Shown piece after piece: positions 44,781-59,464 of a stretch of DNA of 64,000 nt. The position numbers and the translations under genes were made by a program. How positions within the stretch are numbered: the stretch's first letter is position 1; every line of letters starts with the position of its first letter. Where the stretch lies: assembly GCF_009914755.1 (NCBI RefSeq), contig NC_060937.1; one strand, 5' to 3'. The notes below the pieces were generated by a model, which saw nothing but the letters and a program-made list of their open reading frames with translations, searched no databases and had not been told where the DNA came from. The DNA comes from the human T2T-CHM13v2.0 reference genome, Homo sapiens.

Positions 44781-46779
44781 GTCCTCTTTACAAGTGAAAC
44801 TTAATTGCTGTTTAGAATCACAGGCTACATACCTGCTATTTAAAAAATGTTAATCCAGCAAATATAATATTTACTTCATCCCTTTAAAGTAGCAGGAGCC
44901 TGTATAGGGGAAGATTCTGCTCTATGATAAGATCTTGGTTTCCTTATGCTAGCTGCATTTGCCTCACCCTGCACATGTGCTGCAGCGAGAACCCTGAAGT
45001 CAGAACATTCCACCACTGTGCCTGTGCCTTGCTGAAGCTGTCCTGACCTCAAGGAAACAGCCATCTCAAAGCCAGGCCCACCTGGCTGAGCTGAGCTCAC
45101 GATGCTCTTGTGTTTTAAACTTTCTTAAGCCCTTTGTACTTAAGACAATCAAGCTTCTTTTATAAACAGTGACTGTCTACGGTGTTTAAAGTCACCATAG
45201 GAATCCATGACCCACTGGGGGAAAATTCCCAAGTCCTGTGTGACATAAGGCTTAAAGTATCACATAAGGGTTAGAGAAAACTATACAACTGTTAAAAAAT
45301 ATTTTCAGAAACTAGTTGTATTTTGCAATTATAGAATACTTCAAATCACAAGTAAACCAAGCTCCACTGAAAGTCTGACTCACTACCAATTCCTCTTCTT
45401 ACATGTTTCTCAGTGTTCCCTGACCTGGTACAAGATCCCAATACTCCCCCAAATTTAATTTCTTCACAAAATAGAGACTATCCCAGTAGAACCCACTAGA
45501 ATTCACATTGAGGAAGATAAGAGAAGCAGAATGACAAATACATATAAAAATGAAAAAAAAGGGATTAAAATGAAAGAAAGAGTATCATAATGGGACAGCC
45601 TCTTGAAATAGGAAACTCCGTCCTGAAAACTCTGTCATGACCTTGCTTGCAAGTAAGGAAAATTATGCTGTCTTTAGGAGTAAAATACGATGTAAACCCT
45701 TGCTCTTAATATAAGCATTTAATATATAAATAGAAAATAGACTATGAAAATGTTTCTCAGCTAAAAACCGGGAAGGATGTCTAATAGACAAAGGCTGAAG
45801 AACCAAAGTTCCTGAGGTCTGATAATCATCTTTTTTAAAGATGGCTGCCTGCCTGGAGATGAGGCAGAGAACCTATCGCCTTATTAACTTTTAGTTGACA
45901 GATTAAGGTTGTAAAATAAGAATGGTTTTCAGAACTGTAGATAAGCACCGACTGAAACTTTCTCTCCTTTGCCTCTTTTATACAGAAAACACAATACTCT
46001 GAGGCCTTGGAATATGTTTCTTTTTAAATGGCCCCACCAACCAGAAAATCAGATATGGCAAAGAGGCACTGGCTCCTGAATATCTGTGCAAATAAGCAGA
46101 AAGAAAAACAGAACAAACAAAACATCGCTTACTACTAATAATAGGACAGCATTATTTCCACACAAGACTGATGAAACACTGCAGTTACAAACTACTTTGT
46201 GTTTGTGTGTCTTGACTTTGTTGTTTGCTTTGTTTTTTTAATCACCATCTCCATTCCGGGGGCCATTTTTATCATATATCTCCAAGAAATATATGGGTAT
46301 AAGCATACATAGAAACAGCAGGCATCAATTTCTAAAAACTCTGTGTCAACTTCACCTAAGTGAAGTTCTTTTCTTGCACTGATGAGAAAAATGTAAACAT
46401 CAAGTATTATGAAAATAATCTGTGGTAGAAAAGGAGACGACTAACATGTTCTGAATAATTGAAGCACTGCCTTTCCTAAATTTACTGACTAAAAAATTGT
46501 GACAGTTTAGGAAACCTGATTCATCTTTTAAAAATTGCAAAGCTTGCTTATATCTGTGAATTATAACAAAGCCTTCAATTATCAAAGTTAAATACAAACA
46601 TAAAATTCAAGTTTTTGTATTAAACAATGTAATTACTGACTTAAGATCAATACATTTAGTAAAAGGAATGGCTGTTGGAAATAAACACAAGTGAATCAAG
46701 GACTGAGGAGACCCCTCCAAAAAAAAAGAATCCCTTATACACATAAATGTATATGACAGAAAGATAAAATATTAAAATA

Positions 46780-47300
46780 TGAAGAAAAATGAAGATTAGG
46801 CCCACATATAATAATGATTTCTAAGTTAAAAACAGATTAGAAGGCACATAAAAGATACAATATATGAAAAATATTTTTTTCTTAAAAAAGCAGCCTGTTC
46901 TTATTATTGGGCATTTATATCAGTTCATCTCTCAAACTTAATGAAAAGCATCCATATTTAGATAGAAATGTTTTTGAATTTTCAAAAGTTACACATAAAA
47001 TATATTTTAAGTAAGAATATTAACAATATGAGGTTACTTTAGGATAATAAAAATCATATTGATCTCAGTATTTTCTGTACTAATGCAAAATAATGGACAC
47101 TGATAGAACAAAGTGCAACAATTGGAAAGAAAAGAGTTGTGACTTAGACATATTAAATTTAGTCAAGTTGTCCATATTGTGACAGAGGATAAATACATTT
47201 TCAGACATTTTGCAACTCAGACAAAATATGTTCAAGATAGCTTTATATAAACACTGTTAACTCATATTCCTGAAAAATGGGTTAAGACAAATGGAACTGA
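46780..47300 (+). mobile_element. HAL1/L1M ORF1-like remnant
   Basis: A-rich, with aaaatcatattgatctcagtattttc...tagtcaagttgtcc...acattttcagacat. Confidence 0.4.
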
Positions 47301-47764
47301 ATAATTATCTACATTGATTCACATTAGAAGGAAACATTTCTGAACTGAAAACAATTGGCCCGTTAATCATAATTTCAAGGGCTGGATATTTTCAAGAATT
47401 TTTTAAAATACAAAATAGCTACAAAAATAGAAATTTTCTAAATTTAATGTGTTACATGTCTCAATTTTCCATCCACAGTGTACTTTCATTTAGTTGAAAA
47501 TAATAAGCAACTACTTCGTGGCAGGCAATAATCTAAGGTTAGTGATAACAGTGGTAAACAATGCAAATACATTTCAAACTCTTAGGAAGTTTACATTCTA
47601 GTGAGGGGTTAAAGAATCACTCAAACAAACAAATAGATAAGCAATAGTAAGTGTTCAAAGAAAATAGACTCCTTTAATATGGTAATGTGATGTATTTAAA
47701 GTCAGGCAAAGGCATCAGAGCCAGGATGAAAACTGAGAATGAGAAAATATTAAGGTAGGTATAC

Positions 47765-48125
47765 TATTCAGGATAGGCTAGGGTATGTTTCTGTAACCAA
47801 GGGCTCTGATATTTCAGGGTTCAATATTACAAAAGCTTGTTTTTCACTCATGGTTTCTGTCCCAGCAGGGTCAGTGGGGATTATGAAATATAAAATCACA
47901 CAGGGACTAGACTCATAGATGCTGAAATATCTCATAGATGCACTATTTGGAACATGCAACTTTCTATTAAAAAATAATAAAGAGTGATATTATATGATTT
48001 TTCACTGAGCATGTAAGAGACTCATATTCTTTCCACATTTAATTGGCTAGAATCATATGCATAACTGAAAATGTTTTGGAAATGTAGTGAAGTACTTGGA
48101 AGATTTGGTAAGCATTACTGCTATT
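47765..48125 (-). mobile_element. MLT1K/L-like LTR
   Basis: caggataggctagggtatg...ctgtaac...aaaagcttgtttttcactcatg. Confidence 0.55.
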
Positions 48126-48261
48126 GATCCACCAGAAGAATGTAATGTCACAGAAACAAAGAAAAGAAAATTTTGAAAGAACATGAGATAGATTATATTT
48201 GCAGGCTGCTACTGATTTATGGTCCAAAGTAAACTGTATGTGATGATATGGATGCTGTTAG

Positions 48262-48390
48262 TGGAGTAATATACATAACTTATTGTATATCTTGGAAACT
48301 TTGAGACTGAAAAGTCAATCATTAACAATTAGCTAGTGCAACAGGGGTAAGCCAAGACTGTTCAATGAAAATTGGAAAATATATTCACAG
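48262..48390 (+). mobile_element. hAT-Blackjack (MER81/MER94-like) relic
   Basis: ataacttattg...actttgagactgaaa...attaacaatta...caacaggggtaagccaagactgt. Confidence 0.45.
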
Positions 48391-50831
48391 TAGTTATCCA
48401 TGACCTGTAAAAGAGTGGTTTCAGCAAAATAGGGCCAAAACCTTGCTCTAGTAGATTGGGTTGAGGCTAGGGGATGAGGCGAGCAGCCTATCAGATGAGT
48501 TATTTTGTGAAGAGAATCAGAGAAGACGGAAGGGAATGTGAGTTATAGTTTTTTTTTTTCATTTTGTTTTATTTTTATAATGCTAGAGATACTAGAGAAT
48601 GCTTTTAAGGGGAATGATTGACTTAAGAATGAAAACACACACACACACACATTTAGGTAGGTGTAAATGGAGTGTAATAGAATTGATATCCTTAAGAAAT
48701 TATGGGTAAGTAGGATCCTGAGCTCCAGGTGGGGCTGAGGTAAGGAGAGGGTAATATGTGTTTGATTGAAGCAACAATCTCTTCTATAACAGGAGAGAAT
48801 GTAGAGGGCAAAGTTTGAAATCAAGGTAGGTCCATAAATTCTAGAATTTTCAGATGAAAGTATTTTCTAAATGTGGCTTCTATTTTCTCAGCAAGCGGAA
48901 GGCAAGGTTATCAGTTGGAAGAATTGCAGAAAAAATATGTAAAAATCATTTATAGCAATAAGAAAGCCAGTTGTACAATCATATTGACATTAATTCCCAT
49001 TTCCCAGTTCCTCTAGAAGACCCATCAAAATGCCTTGCAGACCCTGTCTTCTTTCTTTTTATGGTATGTTAGCTTGAATTTTGTAAAATTCACATTATAT
49101 TTCTGAAAACACAAGTCTATTTGCATATTATCATAAATTGAACCAGCAGAGCCAGGACTGTACATATACTTCTAAGCCATTTTGTCTCCACTAGGGTGAG
49201 CTTTGAGGATGACAGTCTATTCCATTGTTGTTTTCCAAGCTGTCCCATTGGTGGTGGGAGGGGAATAATGATGATCCTTGATAACAAAGATTCTTTTTGT
49301 GATGTCTTTGAATTGAGTCCAGCCATCCTTCTGTGTTTGCTAAGCTCTGAGATCCTGGGCAAACATTACCCTCTACAAAGATTCTTGACTCCTAAAAGTT
49401 TAAAGTGTTTGATAATTTATTCTTCAACTCAAACTCAGAAATCCTTTCACACAGGTACTTACATACTTTGAGTTTCCTGGGAAAAGATGAGTTTTGGTAT
49501 TAGCTGGCACACACTCTATGCCAAATCAGTATTTCCCAGGAAGGGGGTTGAAAGAAGGCTGCCAACATTTTATTGCTCCAGGTAAGTCTATTAAAATGTC
49601 ATCATTCATAATTAACCTAATTACATGAAATAAAGAACATTTTAACACAAAATCAGAAAACACAAAATCTATCATTGCTCTAGATTGAATACATTTAGTT
49701 ATTTCAAACTTACCACAGTTTTTATTTTGGAAACCAGCCCTAAATCAAACCTTCTCCAATAGTATGACACTTTTGTTTATAGTCTTCTATAAGTATCTTA
49801 TTTCACTGCTTTCTATACTCACATTTTATGATGGTTTTGCCTACCTTTCATGCCAGTGTGTAAGTTCCTTGAATATGTAGAGGTTTGTATTATAATGTCA
49901 AACTCCTGTGCCGCATAAATGGCCCTTATAAGTATTTTTTGAAAGAAGAATGGGCAACTACAAATCAAAATCAAAATGTTAATTAGCCATCCAAATGACT
50001 CTAATTTGCTTGCTTCTTTTCCTTCAGAGAGACAAAATGTATGAAAGAGATTTATACAAAGTTTAGACATTTTCTTATAGTTGGTTTTCCTTATTTATAG
50101 TTTCTTTCCATAGTTTGAAACATGCTAGTTATATGCCATATGTATTTGCCCCTGTTGCCTTCTATTACCTGAAGAAAAGTTTTATAATTTTTGGCTAATG
50201 TTCTTCAGATTCCATTAACAAGATTATTCAGTTGAACTAGCACATTTTGTACTGGTAGTTATTAACACAGATGTAGTAGCTTCTCTTTTGTCAGAGTAGC
50301 ACAGTCACTGCTTAAATATATTTGACAGTTTGTAGAGGCTAATGTCCACATTTCTGAAAGCGAGATAAAAACTTGATTTTTCAAAAATAGCAATAGACTA
50401 CTGCATTTATTACCTAATAGATGCTAAATTCCTATCTTGGCATATATTATGATAATTGGCTTATAGAGACAATCCTTATCTTTAGGAATCTTGGGGTGAT
50501 AATTGACAACTGTGATTATATTAATTTATGCACTTGCATTAACTTTTGCTTGAATCATAACAGAAAACAATTCTAATTAATTTAACACAATTTGTATTAT
50601 ACTTTTTTGATTTGAGACAATAAACCATTCTGACACTTTTCCACAGAATATTTCATGAATTAAAATTAATGCATGCTATTTGAATTTGTTCTTGTATGTT
50701 TATTTGATTGTGCTTCTTTCTGACTTTTTTACGTATTCCTGATTCTTTTTCTAAGTGCTTTATATTTTTCTATCTTAATGCTGGGACCAGAAAACAAGAG
50801 TACAGGTTACAGGCTTTCAATCCATCATAAC

Positions 50832-51710
50832 TGTGAAGCCGGTTCACTAGTAACCAATTTTAAGAAAGGACACTCACTGAGTGGAAGATAGCAAATATCA
50901 TCACCATGCCAACCACCAGGAACAGGAGTCAGAACACTTCCATCCAATGCATCCTGGGCTGCAGTTTCACCAATTGCCTAAGTCTGGTGAGACAAACACA
51001 CTTACATGCAACAAGTTATATAAAGGAGATTTACTGCTTACAGATAGGCAGCAAGGGGCCAAAAAAAGCCTACAGTCCATTGTGGGCTGGTCCCCCAAGG
51101 CTCAAAAAAACTGCCTGGGGTGGATTGAGTTTTGACTGTGCATGGCCCAATTGTACCACAGCTGAGGAACATGGAAAGGCAGCCTGCTTATATAACACAG
51201 CGGTCACAGGACTCACTGCACAAAGCTTTGAAGGATACCTTGCTTCCAGAGGTGAGAAGAACAAAGCTTGGGCTGTCCCAGGATGTTTCTCTCTAAATTG
51301 AGGTGTTACATCCCCTATGAGGAAGAGGAAGAAGGCTTGGACTATTTGGGACAATTTCGCCTTAGGTCAGGGTTTTGCATTACCAGCACATTCTATAGTT
51401 ATTCTGAGAATTACAGGCAAGCAGAAGACAGGAGAAATACTGAGTTATCCAAGTTTGTCTGCAGACCATCCGGCAATAATCACTATGAAATACTGGCTTC
51501 ATGCCCAAGTTCACATGGTCTCACAAGGGCAGTGGCTTGGCTCTGCTTAGCCTAGCTCTAACACGATAATCTGACAAGACTGAGCTCCCCAGCAGGTCTA
51601 TCCCTCCTGCCTGGGCTCATTACACAGCTATTCTTTCTCAATTGCTGGCACCACTCAGATCACGGCCAGGGAGCTGAACAGAAATACCCAGGTCTTAAGG
51701 CATTTCAGTA
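50832..51710 (-). mobile_element. ERVL-type LTR sequence (MER76/LTR52/53-like), possibly composite
   Basis: tgtgaagccggttcact...agtctggtgagaca...cttacagataggcagcaaggg...tcccccaaggctca; subfamily uncertain. Confidence 0.55.
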
Positions 51711-52428
51711 TGTATATCAGGGAAACTAAGATATGGAACTAAGGTAGTTTTAGAGTTAATTCTATTGATGTTAACTTGGGGAACATCTTAAAAGAGTAAA
51801 TGATTCCAGCATAGGTGTCTTCTGTTTCATTTTCTTACCATTCCAAATGCATTCTAGGTTTTATAGTTAATAGCTTCAACCTGAAACTCTGTTAAAAATT
51901 ACAGAAAATATACTCTTCCACACAAACACCAAAAAGGAACTGGGAGAGTGCTGCATTTTGAAGATTTTTTGACAGATTTTAGCACTCTTTCAAACATCAG
52001 TATTACAACACTATGTAGACGTAGAAAGTTGTTCTTTACTTCCCATATAAGTTATGAAACCTGGATATTTTAGGGTGCAGTTAGTTTTTAAGTTTTTTGA
52101 ACCTAAAGTATTTACCAGGTTTCATTTTGTAAATGCCTGTACTTTTCTACTGAATATGCTTAGTGGATTCTAGAACTTGGAAACATTCCATAAAAGGAAA
52201 TGACATAATTTCCTGAGTGGGATGGATTGCCAGTTGATAAATAACAGCAGCATGCTCTTCTTCATGCTGGTGTTCTCATGAAATTATAAAATTCCATCAT
52301 GAAAAATAAAATGCAAATTAAATTTTGTTCCGCTTAATTATAAAATGTTTTGTGCTTTGAGCATTTCAAAGGCTGCCAATATTATAGTGTAGTTTACTTT
52401 GTTTCTTTGTTTCTTAAGTGTCAAGTAT

Positions 52429-53041
52429 TGTGAACCCCAAATATCTGAGACAGGTCTCGGTTAATTTAGAAAGATTTTTTTTGACCAACATTAAGGATGC
52501 ACCCATGACACAGCCTCAGGACATCCTGACCACATGTGTCCAAGGTAGTAGAGGCCCAGCTTGGTTTTACACATTTTAGGGAAGCATGAGACATCAATCA
52601 AGATATGTAAGATGGACAGATATTGGGTCCCGAAAGGCGGGACAACTCGAAGAGGGGAGGGGACTTCTGGGTCATAGGTAGATAAACGACAAACGGTTGC
52701 ATTCTTTTGAGTTTCTGATTAGTCTTTCACTGATTATGCAATTTACAGAAGTAGTCACTTATGCCTTAGTCTGGTTTAGTGAAACAATAGGACAAAGGGA
52801 GCAATCAGATAATGTGTTTGTCTCACGTGAACAGAGGGATGACTTTGAGTTCTTTGTGTCCTTTGTCCAGGAGGAATTGCCCTGTGGGCAAATTGTGAGA
52901 GAGGTATGTGGCTTTTTTGTGTTTGTAGCTATCTTATTTAGGGGTAAAATGGGAGGCAGGTTTGCCCTATGCAGTTCTCAGCTTGATTTTTCCCTTTGGC
53001 TCAGTGATTTTGGGGGTCCTGGTATTTATTTTCCTTTCACA
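52429..53041 (-). mobile_element. MER4A-type ERV1 solo LTR
   Basis: tgtgaaccccaaatatctgagacaggtctc...gacacagcctcagg...tttattttcctttcaca; 4-bp TSD gta(t/a). Confidence 0.88.
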
Positions 53042-53049
53042 GTAAAAAC

Positions 53050-53362
53050 CTCAAAAACATAACAGTAAGTGAAAAAAGCCAGACACAAAAAACCATAATA
53101 TTGTGCATTTTGTAAGATTTTATTTAGACAAAATGTCCAGAAAAGGAAAATCTATAAAGAAAAAAGATTTTTGGTGGCCTACGGCTGGTAGTGAGCATGA
53201 AGAGGGACTACAAATGGGCATGTCATTTATTTCTAGGACAATGAAAATATTTTAAAATTAGACTGTTATGATACATGCTGTAAATATACTCAAAAATCAT
53301 TGAATTGTGTAGAACAATAAGTGTGTTTTATGGTAAGTAAATTATATATCAATAAAACTATT
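53050..53362 (+). mobile_element. L1MC/ME 3' UTR fragment
   Basis: aagtgaaaaaagccagacacaaaa...aaatgtccagaaaaggaaaatctata...attatatatcaataaa. Confidence 0.7.
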
Positions 53363-53674
53363 CAAAATGCTAAGTATTTCATCCAAGACTCATATGCATT
53401 ATAACAAGGAAATTTGAGTTATTCTTATAATATGGAAACTATTTAATAATCTCCAAATCTCTCTTATTTTGTCAATGGCTACCTGATATCTTTCAAAATT
53501 ATCACGACAATGTGGAATAAATACATCAATACAGGGCTAGTATATCACCAACACACAAACAGCTTTTATTAATATAACAATCACCTCTGATACTGAAGTA
53601 AGACAAGGTTTCCCTCTTAATTCTGGCTCTTCCCTAAGAAAGCTTGAAGCACTCTGTTATAAGGGGTAGACCAA

Positions 53675-54053
53675 TTATATGGCTTGGCTCTGTGTTCCGC
53701 CCACATCTCATCTTGAATTGTAATCCCCATAATCCCCACGTGTCAAGGGTAGAACCTGGAGGGTGGTGATTGTATGATGGAGGCAGTTTACCCCCTGCTG
53801 TTCTCGTGATAGTGAGTGAGTTCTCATGAGAGCTGATGGTTTTCTAAGTGTTTGACATTTCCTCCTACATACACTCCTTTTCTCCTGCTACCATGTGAAG
53901 AAGGCTCTTGCTTCCCCTTCACCTTTCTCCATGATTGTAAGTTTCCTGAGGCCTCCCCAGCCATGTGAAACTGTGAGTCAATTAAACCTCTCCCTTCGTA
54001 AATTACCCAGTCTTGGGAATTTCCTTATAGCAGTGTGAAAATAGACTAATACA
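53675..54053 (+). mobile_element. THE1D-type solo LTR
   Basis: atatggcttggctctgtg...taatccccataatccccacgtgtc...gactaataca; perfect TSD accaa at 53670-53674 and 54054-54058. Confidence 0.92.
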
Positions 54054-54677
54054 ACCAATCTTAGAGAAACTTCTTCAGCTGGTTAAGTAAATGTTGAAAG
54101 TTTTGGAAAATCATAGGATGTATTGAAAGTGTACTTCTCAATATCTCCATTGTACTAGGAATCCAGAAAACTGGGATGTGGATCTGTGAGGTTTATTATT
54201 TAAGTTACAGATGCACCAAGGTGACAATACAGTAGAGCTTCCCTCCAAGGGATGTAAAGAACAAGAACACATGAGGTAGCTTGGAACATCAGACAAATAT
54301 TAATCACATATACTTTGGGAAAAGTAATTTACCATACATATAACAGATATAGGGCTAATTCATTTTACATACTAATAGGTTGTTATAATTAATAATTAAG
54401 AAATAAAAATAAATGGTTTAAAAAGGGAGACAATATGTCTGTTTTAGATTGTTTGCCAAGTAGAGCTACCCAGAACTTTATGCAATGGGATTCTGAGCTC
54501 TGGTCATCTTGTTTTTATCCAGCCATGATTGCTACAATTTTTCATCTTACTAAGTATGGGAGCACAAACACACACTGATGGACACCTTTTAATTCTGCAT
54601 ATATTCTTCCCTGCCTCCATTCTGTAGTATCAGCTCTCTCTTTTCATGATATTCAGGGTTGATTAGCTTCAAATAAA

Positions 54678-54866
54678 CAGTCATGTACTGTATAACAAAA
54701 TTTCAGCCAGTGATGGACTGCACAAATGACAGTAGTCCCATAAGACTATACCATATTTTCACTGTACCTTTCCTATGTTTAGACATGCTTAGATACACAA
54801 ATATTACCATTGTGTTACAATTGTCTACAGTATTTAGTAAAGAAACAAGCTGTACAGGTTTGTAGC
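54678..54866 (+). mobile_element. Tigger3 (MER7-like) left-end fragment
   Basis: cagtcatg...gtcccataagactata...ctgtacctttcctatgtttag...gctgtacaggtttgtagc. Confidence 0.8.
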
Positions 54867-54879
54867 ATATTGAGAATAA

Positions 54880-55090
54880 CTTGAATCATGGCTCTGTTTT
54901 TTACTAGTTTTGTGCTCTTAAAAAATTTGCATAATTAAATTCTGTATCAGTTTTCTTATCTTCAGAATGGGATTAATAATACCTGCTTTCTTTTCAGGGA
55001 TTTATAACAATGAAATAACTTAATACAAGTAAACAATGCAATTTTTTAGAAATGCAATTGTTTAATTGGACTAAATGCTATTATTATTAT
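54880..55090 (+). mobile_element. MIR fragment
   Basis: ttgaatcatggctctg...tcagttttcttatcttcagaatgggattaataatacct. Confidence 0.6.
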
Positions 55091-55109
55091 TATTATTATT
55101 ATTCCACTG

Positions 55110-55900
55110 ATGATGGTGTTATTTATCTATACCCTCCTGGATGGACTTTTATATTATCAATTTTGCACTATTTTAAACAACACTGCCATAAACACTCTTT
55201 ATAAGTGGCAATAAACATTTTATGCACTTTTGAACAAGATGTTCCCCCTGGGTATATATTCCTATATATCCTATGCCACAGGGTAGGTCTATCTTCAATT
55301 TTCTGGGTACCGTAAAATTGTTCTTCAATATAGTTGTAATTGTTTATACTCATACCAGCAGTGTGTAAGACATAAAGTTAAACTACAGCATTACCATCAA
55401 TTGCTATTGTCACACTTGGCACCACAAGACAGTAACCCACTGTTGTGTTTCCATAAATAATAGCACAGCCAAACACATTTGCATATTCTTGCGTCTTCTA
55501 CTTAGAAACGTCTGTTTATAAATTTAGCTTATTTTTATTATTTATGAATAAATTTTTATATATTGCAATTGTTATTTAAACATTTTACTTGTTTATTTTA
55601 TAAACATCTAAATTTCTGTGGTTTGTCATTTAACTATGTTTACATTGTCACTCTGTAGAACAGATTTGTGCTATAAGTAAAAAAGTAATAACATTAGAGT
55701 TTTATATTTTTGTTATATTTTAAATTTTAATTCACCTCAGATGTATATCTGTCTATAGAGTCATGTATTTATTTATCTGATTTAATTCTTAGAGAAATAA
55801 TTTTATACCCTGTTTACAGAATAATCTATTTTTTTATCTAACGTGAAATGTGATGCCATCAAATTCCCAAATGTATTGTATTGTGTTTCTGTACTCCTAG
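55110..55900 (-). mobile_element. Old L1M fragment
   Basis: gggtatatattcct...gttgtaattgtttatactcataccagcagtgtgtaaga. Confidence 0.55.
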
Positions 55901-56859
55901 TCTGTTTCATTTATCTGCCTGTTGATTAACTCATTGATTAACTCATTTGTTAGTATGTCAATCACAAATATTTTAATTGGCATTGTTTAATTAATAAGTT
56001 TTGGATCTGGTATGCCTTTTGTTTCTTAATTATCTCAAGTTTTCAGGTGATCATAGCCTCTTAATATTCTTTATATATTTATTATTTCCTGTTTTTCCAT
56101 TCTCATCACTGGATTTTTCTATGTTAGAGTGCCAGTTATTCTTGCTTTTTAATATATCAGTTGGATATTTCTTTGTGAACAATGGCAGCAACAAAACTAA
56201 CATGGTTGACAAGTACAAGTCAATTTATTTAAAGCATATTAAAGGGCTCACACATTTTATAAAAGGCCAGAAGATGAGGCTGAGGAATAATTAGGATCAA
56301 AGGGATCTCCAAAAAGACAAGAAGTAGGAAGCAGGAAGCCTATTACTGAGACAGCTTGAAGAACAGGTTGTTGAGCCCCTGCCTCTGCCAGTCTCACCAG
56401 GCCCAGTGAGATGTGTTCCATCATGTCCTTTATTTCCTGTGCCATGTGCTTGAATCTGGTCTCATGGAAGAGCATGTTCTTTGGTGGTCTTTGGCCACAT
56501 TCTCTCTTTCTGTCTTTTCAATAGCTGGTAGAAGAAGGATTCAACACCTTCTGTTGCTTCTACTGCTCCTGTAGCATCCTCCACAGGGGGATTGAAGATG
56601 AGGGAGAGCTCAAATGGGACCTTCTGAAGCTTTTGTTGTGGCACCTTAGCTTCATTTTGTCTTTTGAAATTCAATATCCTGTTTCGGGTCCTCTGCATAG
56701 AGTTAGAAATGCATTTTATATAGTTGGAGATATAACCTGGATTTCAGATTCTATCCTATTTTTATCCACCTTCTGTCCACTCTATCCACAAACACTAAAA
56801 ATTTTCCCCAGTCTGCAACTTCCTCCATAGTCAGTGTTATCAGTTTTACAACCTCTCAT

Positions 56860-57556
56860 CTTCACTCATGTGGACTTCTGACATAGTCTTTGAACTGACC
56901 TTTGTGCTTTCATTCATCTTTATTCTGAAACCCATTTTCCACACAGCTTTCAAAATGACCTTTTAAAAATGCAAAATACATCATATCACTCTCCAATTTT
57001 TAATATTCCTGTGTCTTCCAAGTCCACTTCAAATAAAACTCTAACTCTTCTGTGGCATGCATCAGCTGGATTGTTACCTATCTCTAAGCTTATTTTCTCT
57101 CGGTTTTACCCTTGCACAGACCAATCTTGACAGGAAACATGATGAACCTGTTTGCTGCTCAGGTCCTTTGTTCGTCTTCTGGCTTCTGCTTGGATAACTC
57201 TCCCTCCTGATTTTTGCCCACCTGGTTCCTCCTCATCATTCAGGCTATAATTCAAATATCTTTTCCATAGAGAAACCTGGCTACCCTGTCTAATGGTGCC
57301 CATTTTCTCGCCCCAGTTACTCTCCATCACATTATTCTTAATGATATAGTTCAATCATTTATCATGACATGAAATAATTTTATGTTCTATATTCTTATGC
57401 TGTATATCTCTCACACACTAGAGTTTAAACTACGTAAGATTAGAGGCTTGTGCTGGAACATTTTTATGAGGCGTGTTAATGTCTGGAATAGTTGCTACAG
57501 TTTAGAAAGCACTCAGTAATGCTATGTTGTATGAATAAATGAATGAATGAATGAAT
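56860..57556 (+). mobile_element. L2 3' end with (TGAA)n tail
   Basis: ttaaaaatgcaaaatacatcatatcactc...tcctcctcatcattcagg...gcactcagtaa...gaatgaatgaatgaat. Confidence 0.78.
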
Positions 57557-58345
57557 ATCTGCAGCCTAATTCTTATGCTTCTTTTATGGGCAACCCTTGT
57601 CTTTGTAGATGCTGCCTATTTGGTATTACTCTTTTCAGCTGATATTTCCACTAACAGACCCCACCAGAACTCAGAAAAGAATCATAGAGGAGAGAAAGGC
57701 ATAATTTGTTCTTATATCACCCCCCACCTCTATTCTACTTTGCTCCAAGTAGCAAGGAATTTCTGACAATCCTGAGTGTTTATTTACCTTCCTTTCTCAC
57801 TCAGTACTCCATCTTCTGTTCAGAGCTGGGGACAGTCTATGCCAGAATATTATTTTTTTTCTTAGCTCTGATTTTTTTTTTTAATTTCACAGCATGCAGT
57901 TATGCTCTTGTTTATTTGGCTGTTTGATATCTTTTTTTTTGCCTTTGTATGAATTTCAACAGTTATTGGAAGAAGAAAGTCCAATCTGTTTCATTTTAGC
58001 ATCTGTTGATAAAATCTCTATTTTTGTTTTGAAGTTTAAAAGATTGTAAAACTGAAGACATTTCACTATATGAGAGTGTGAGTGTGTGTGTTCATATGGA
58101 TGGAAATAATCCCGAGAGAATGTAACTCATCATGACTAATGAAATCTTAAAATATAATAAAATCACATAAACACTTCCAACAGATATTTTAAATTTTTAA
58201 ATACATGCTTTATAACAATTATTAACTTTTCTTCTAGTTACATAGTTTCCATTTTCAGACATCATCAGAAAATCTCCTCACATGTTTTGTGTATTTATTT
58301 TATATTTTCTTGCTTTTACATAATTTTTCAAATATTGTTGTGCTA

Positions 58346-58672
<327 letters not shown>

Positions 58673-59131
58673 TTACTACAATTTCTCTTAACCTAAAATA
58701 ATTGCTGTCAACATTTATATGAGTTTTTTAAATACTTCAATTTTGTAAATTTACTTTGGCATTATTTGTATGGAAATTTATAACCCTTTCCTTCTATAAA
58801 ATAAACAACATCATTTCAAGGCAAAAACTTGAAATTTAAATGCTCGTTGTTTGAGTCAAACAATCTTTAAGCATTGGGGACCTGGCTTTAAATAAAGGCA
58901 TAAAGTTTATAAATGCTCAATCAGCTTAGCACTAAATACTCTAAGGCTCACAAAATTATTGCTAGTAACTAAACATCCGGCTTCTTTGCTATAGCAATTA
59001 AAAATTCCAACTTTTGCAAATTTGGCATGTTATATAATATGGTGGTTAATCATTTTAAAGTAAAAACAGATATCTTTTAAGTTCAAATCTAACAAATCTT
59101 ATGTGAATTTACCTGTAAGAAAACAGGTGTT

Positions 59132-59431
59132 GGCCGGGCGCGGTGGCTCACGCCTGTAATCCCAGCACTTTGGGAGGCCGAGGCGGGCGGATCACGAGGT
59201 CAGGAGATCGAGAACATTCTGGCTAACACGGTGAAACCCCGTCTCTACTAAAAAAAATACAAAAAATTAGCCGGGCTTGGTAGCGGGCGCTTGTAGTCCC
59301 AGCTACCCTGGAGGCTGAGGCAGAACGGCGTGAACCCTGGAGGCGGAGCTTGCAGTGAGCCGAGATCGCGCCACTGCACTCCAGCCTGGGCGACAGAGCG
59401 AGACTCCATCTAAAAAAAAAAAAAAAAAAAA

Positions 59432-59463
<32 letters not shown>

Positions 59464-59464
59464 A
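59132..59464 (+). mobile_element. AluY with A tail and (GAAA)n
   Basis: CpG-rich, gagatcgaga...ggctaacacgg, ggcgtgaaccc; TSD aagaaaacag(g/c)tgtt. Confidence 0.94.

Noticed and set aside
49575-49590. Consensus splice donor CAG/gtaagt
   Set aside because: Isolated 9-mer expected by chance; no convincing acceptor or coding exon.
56495-56530. Polypyrimidine tract plus tag acceptor-like site
   Set aside because: No matching donor or recognisable product.
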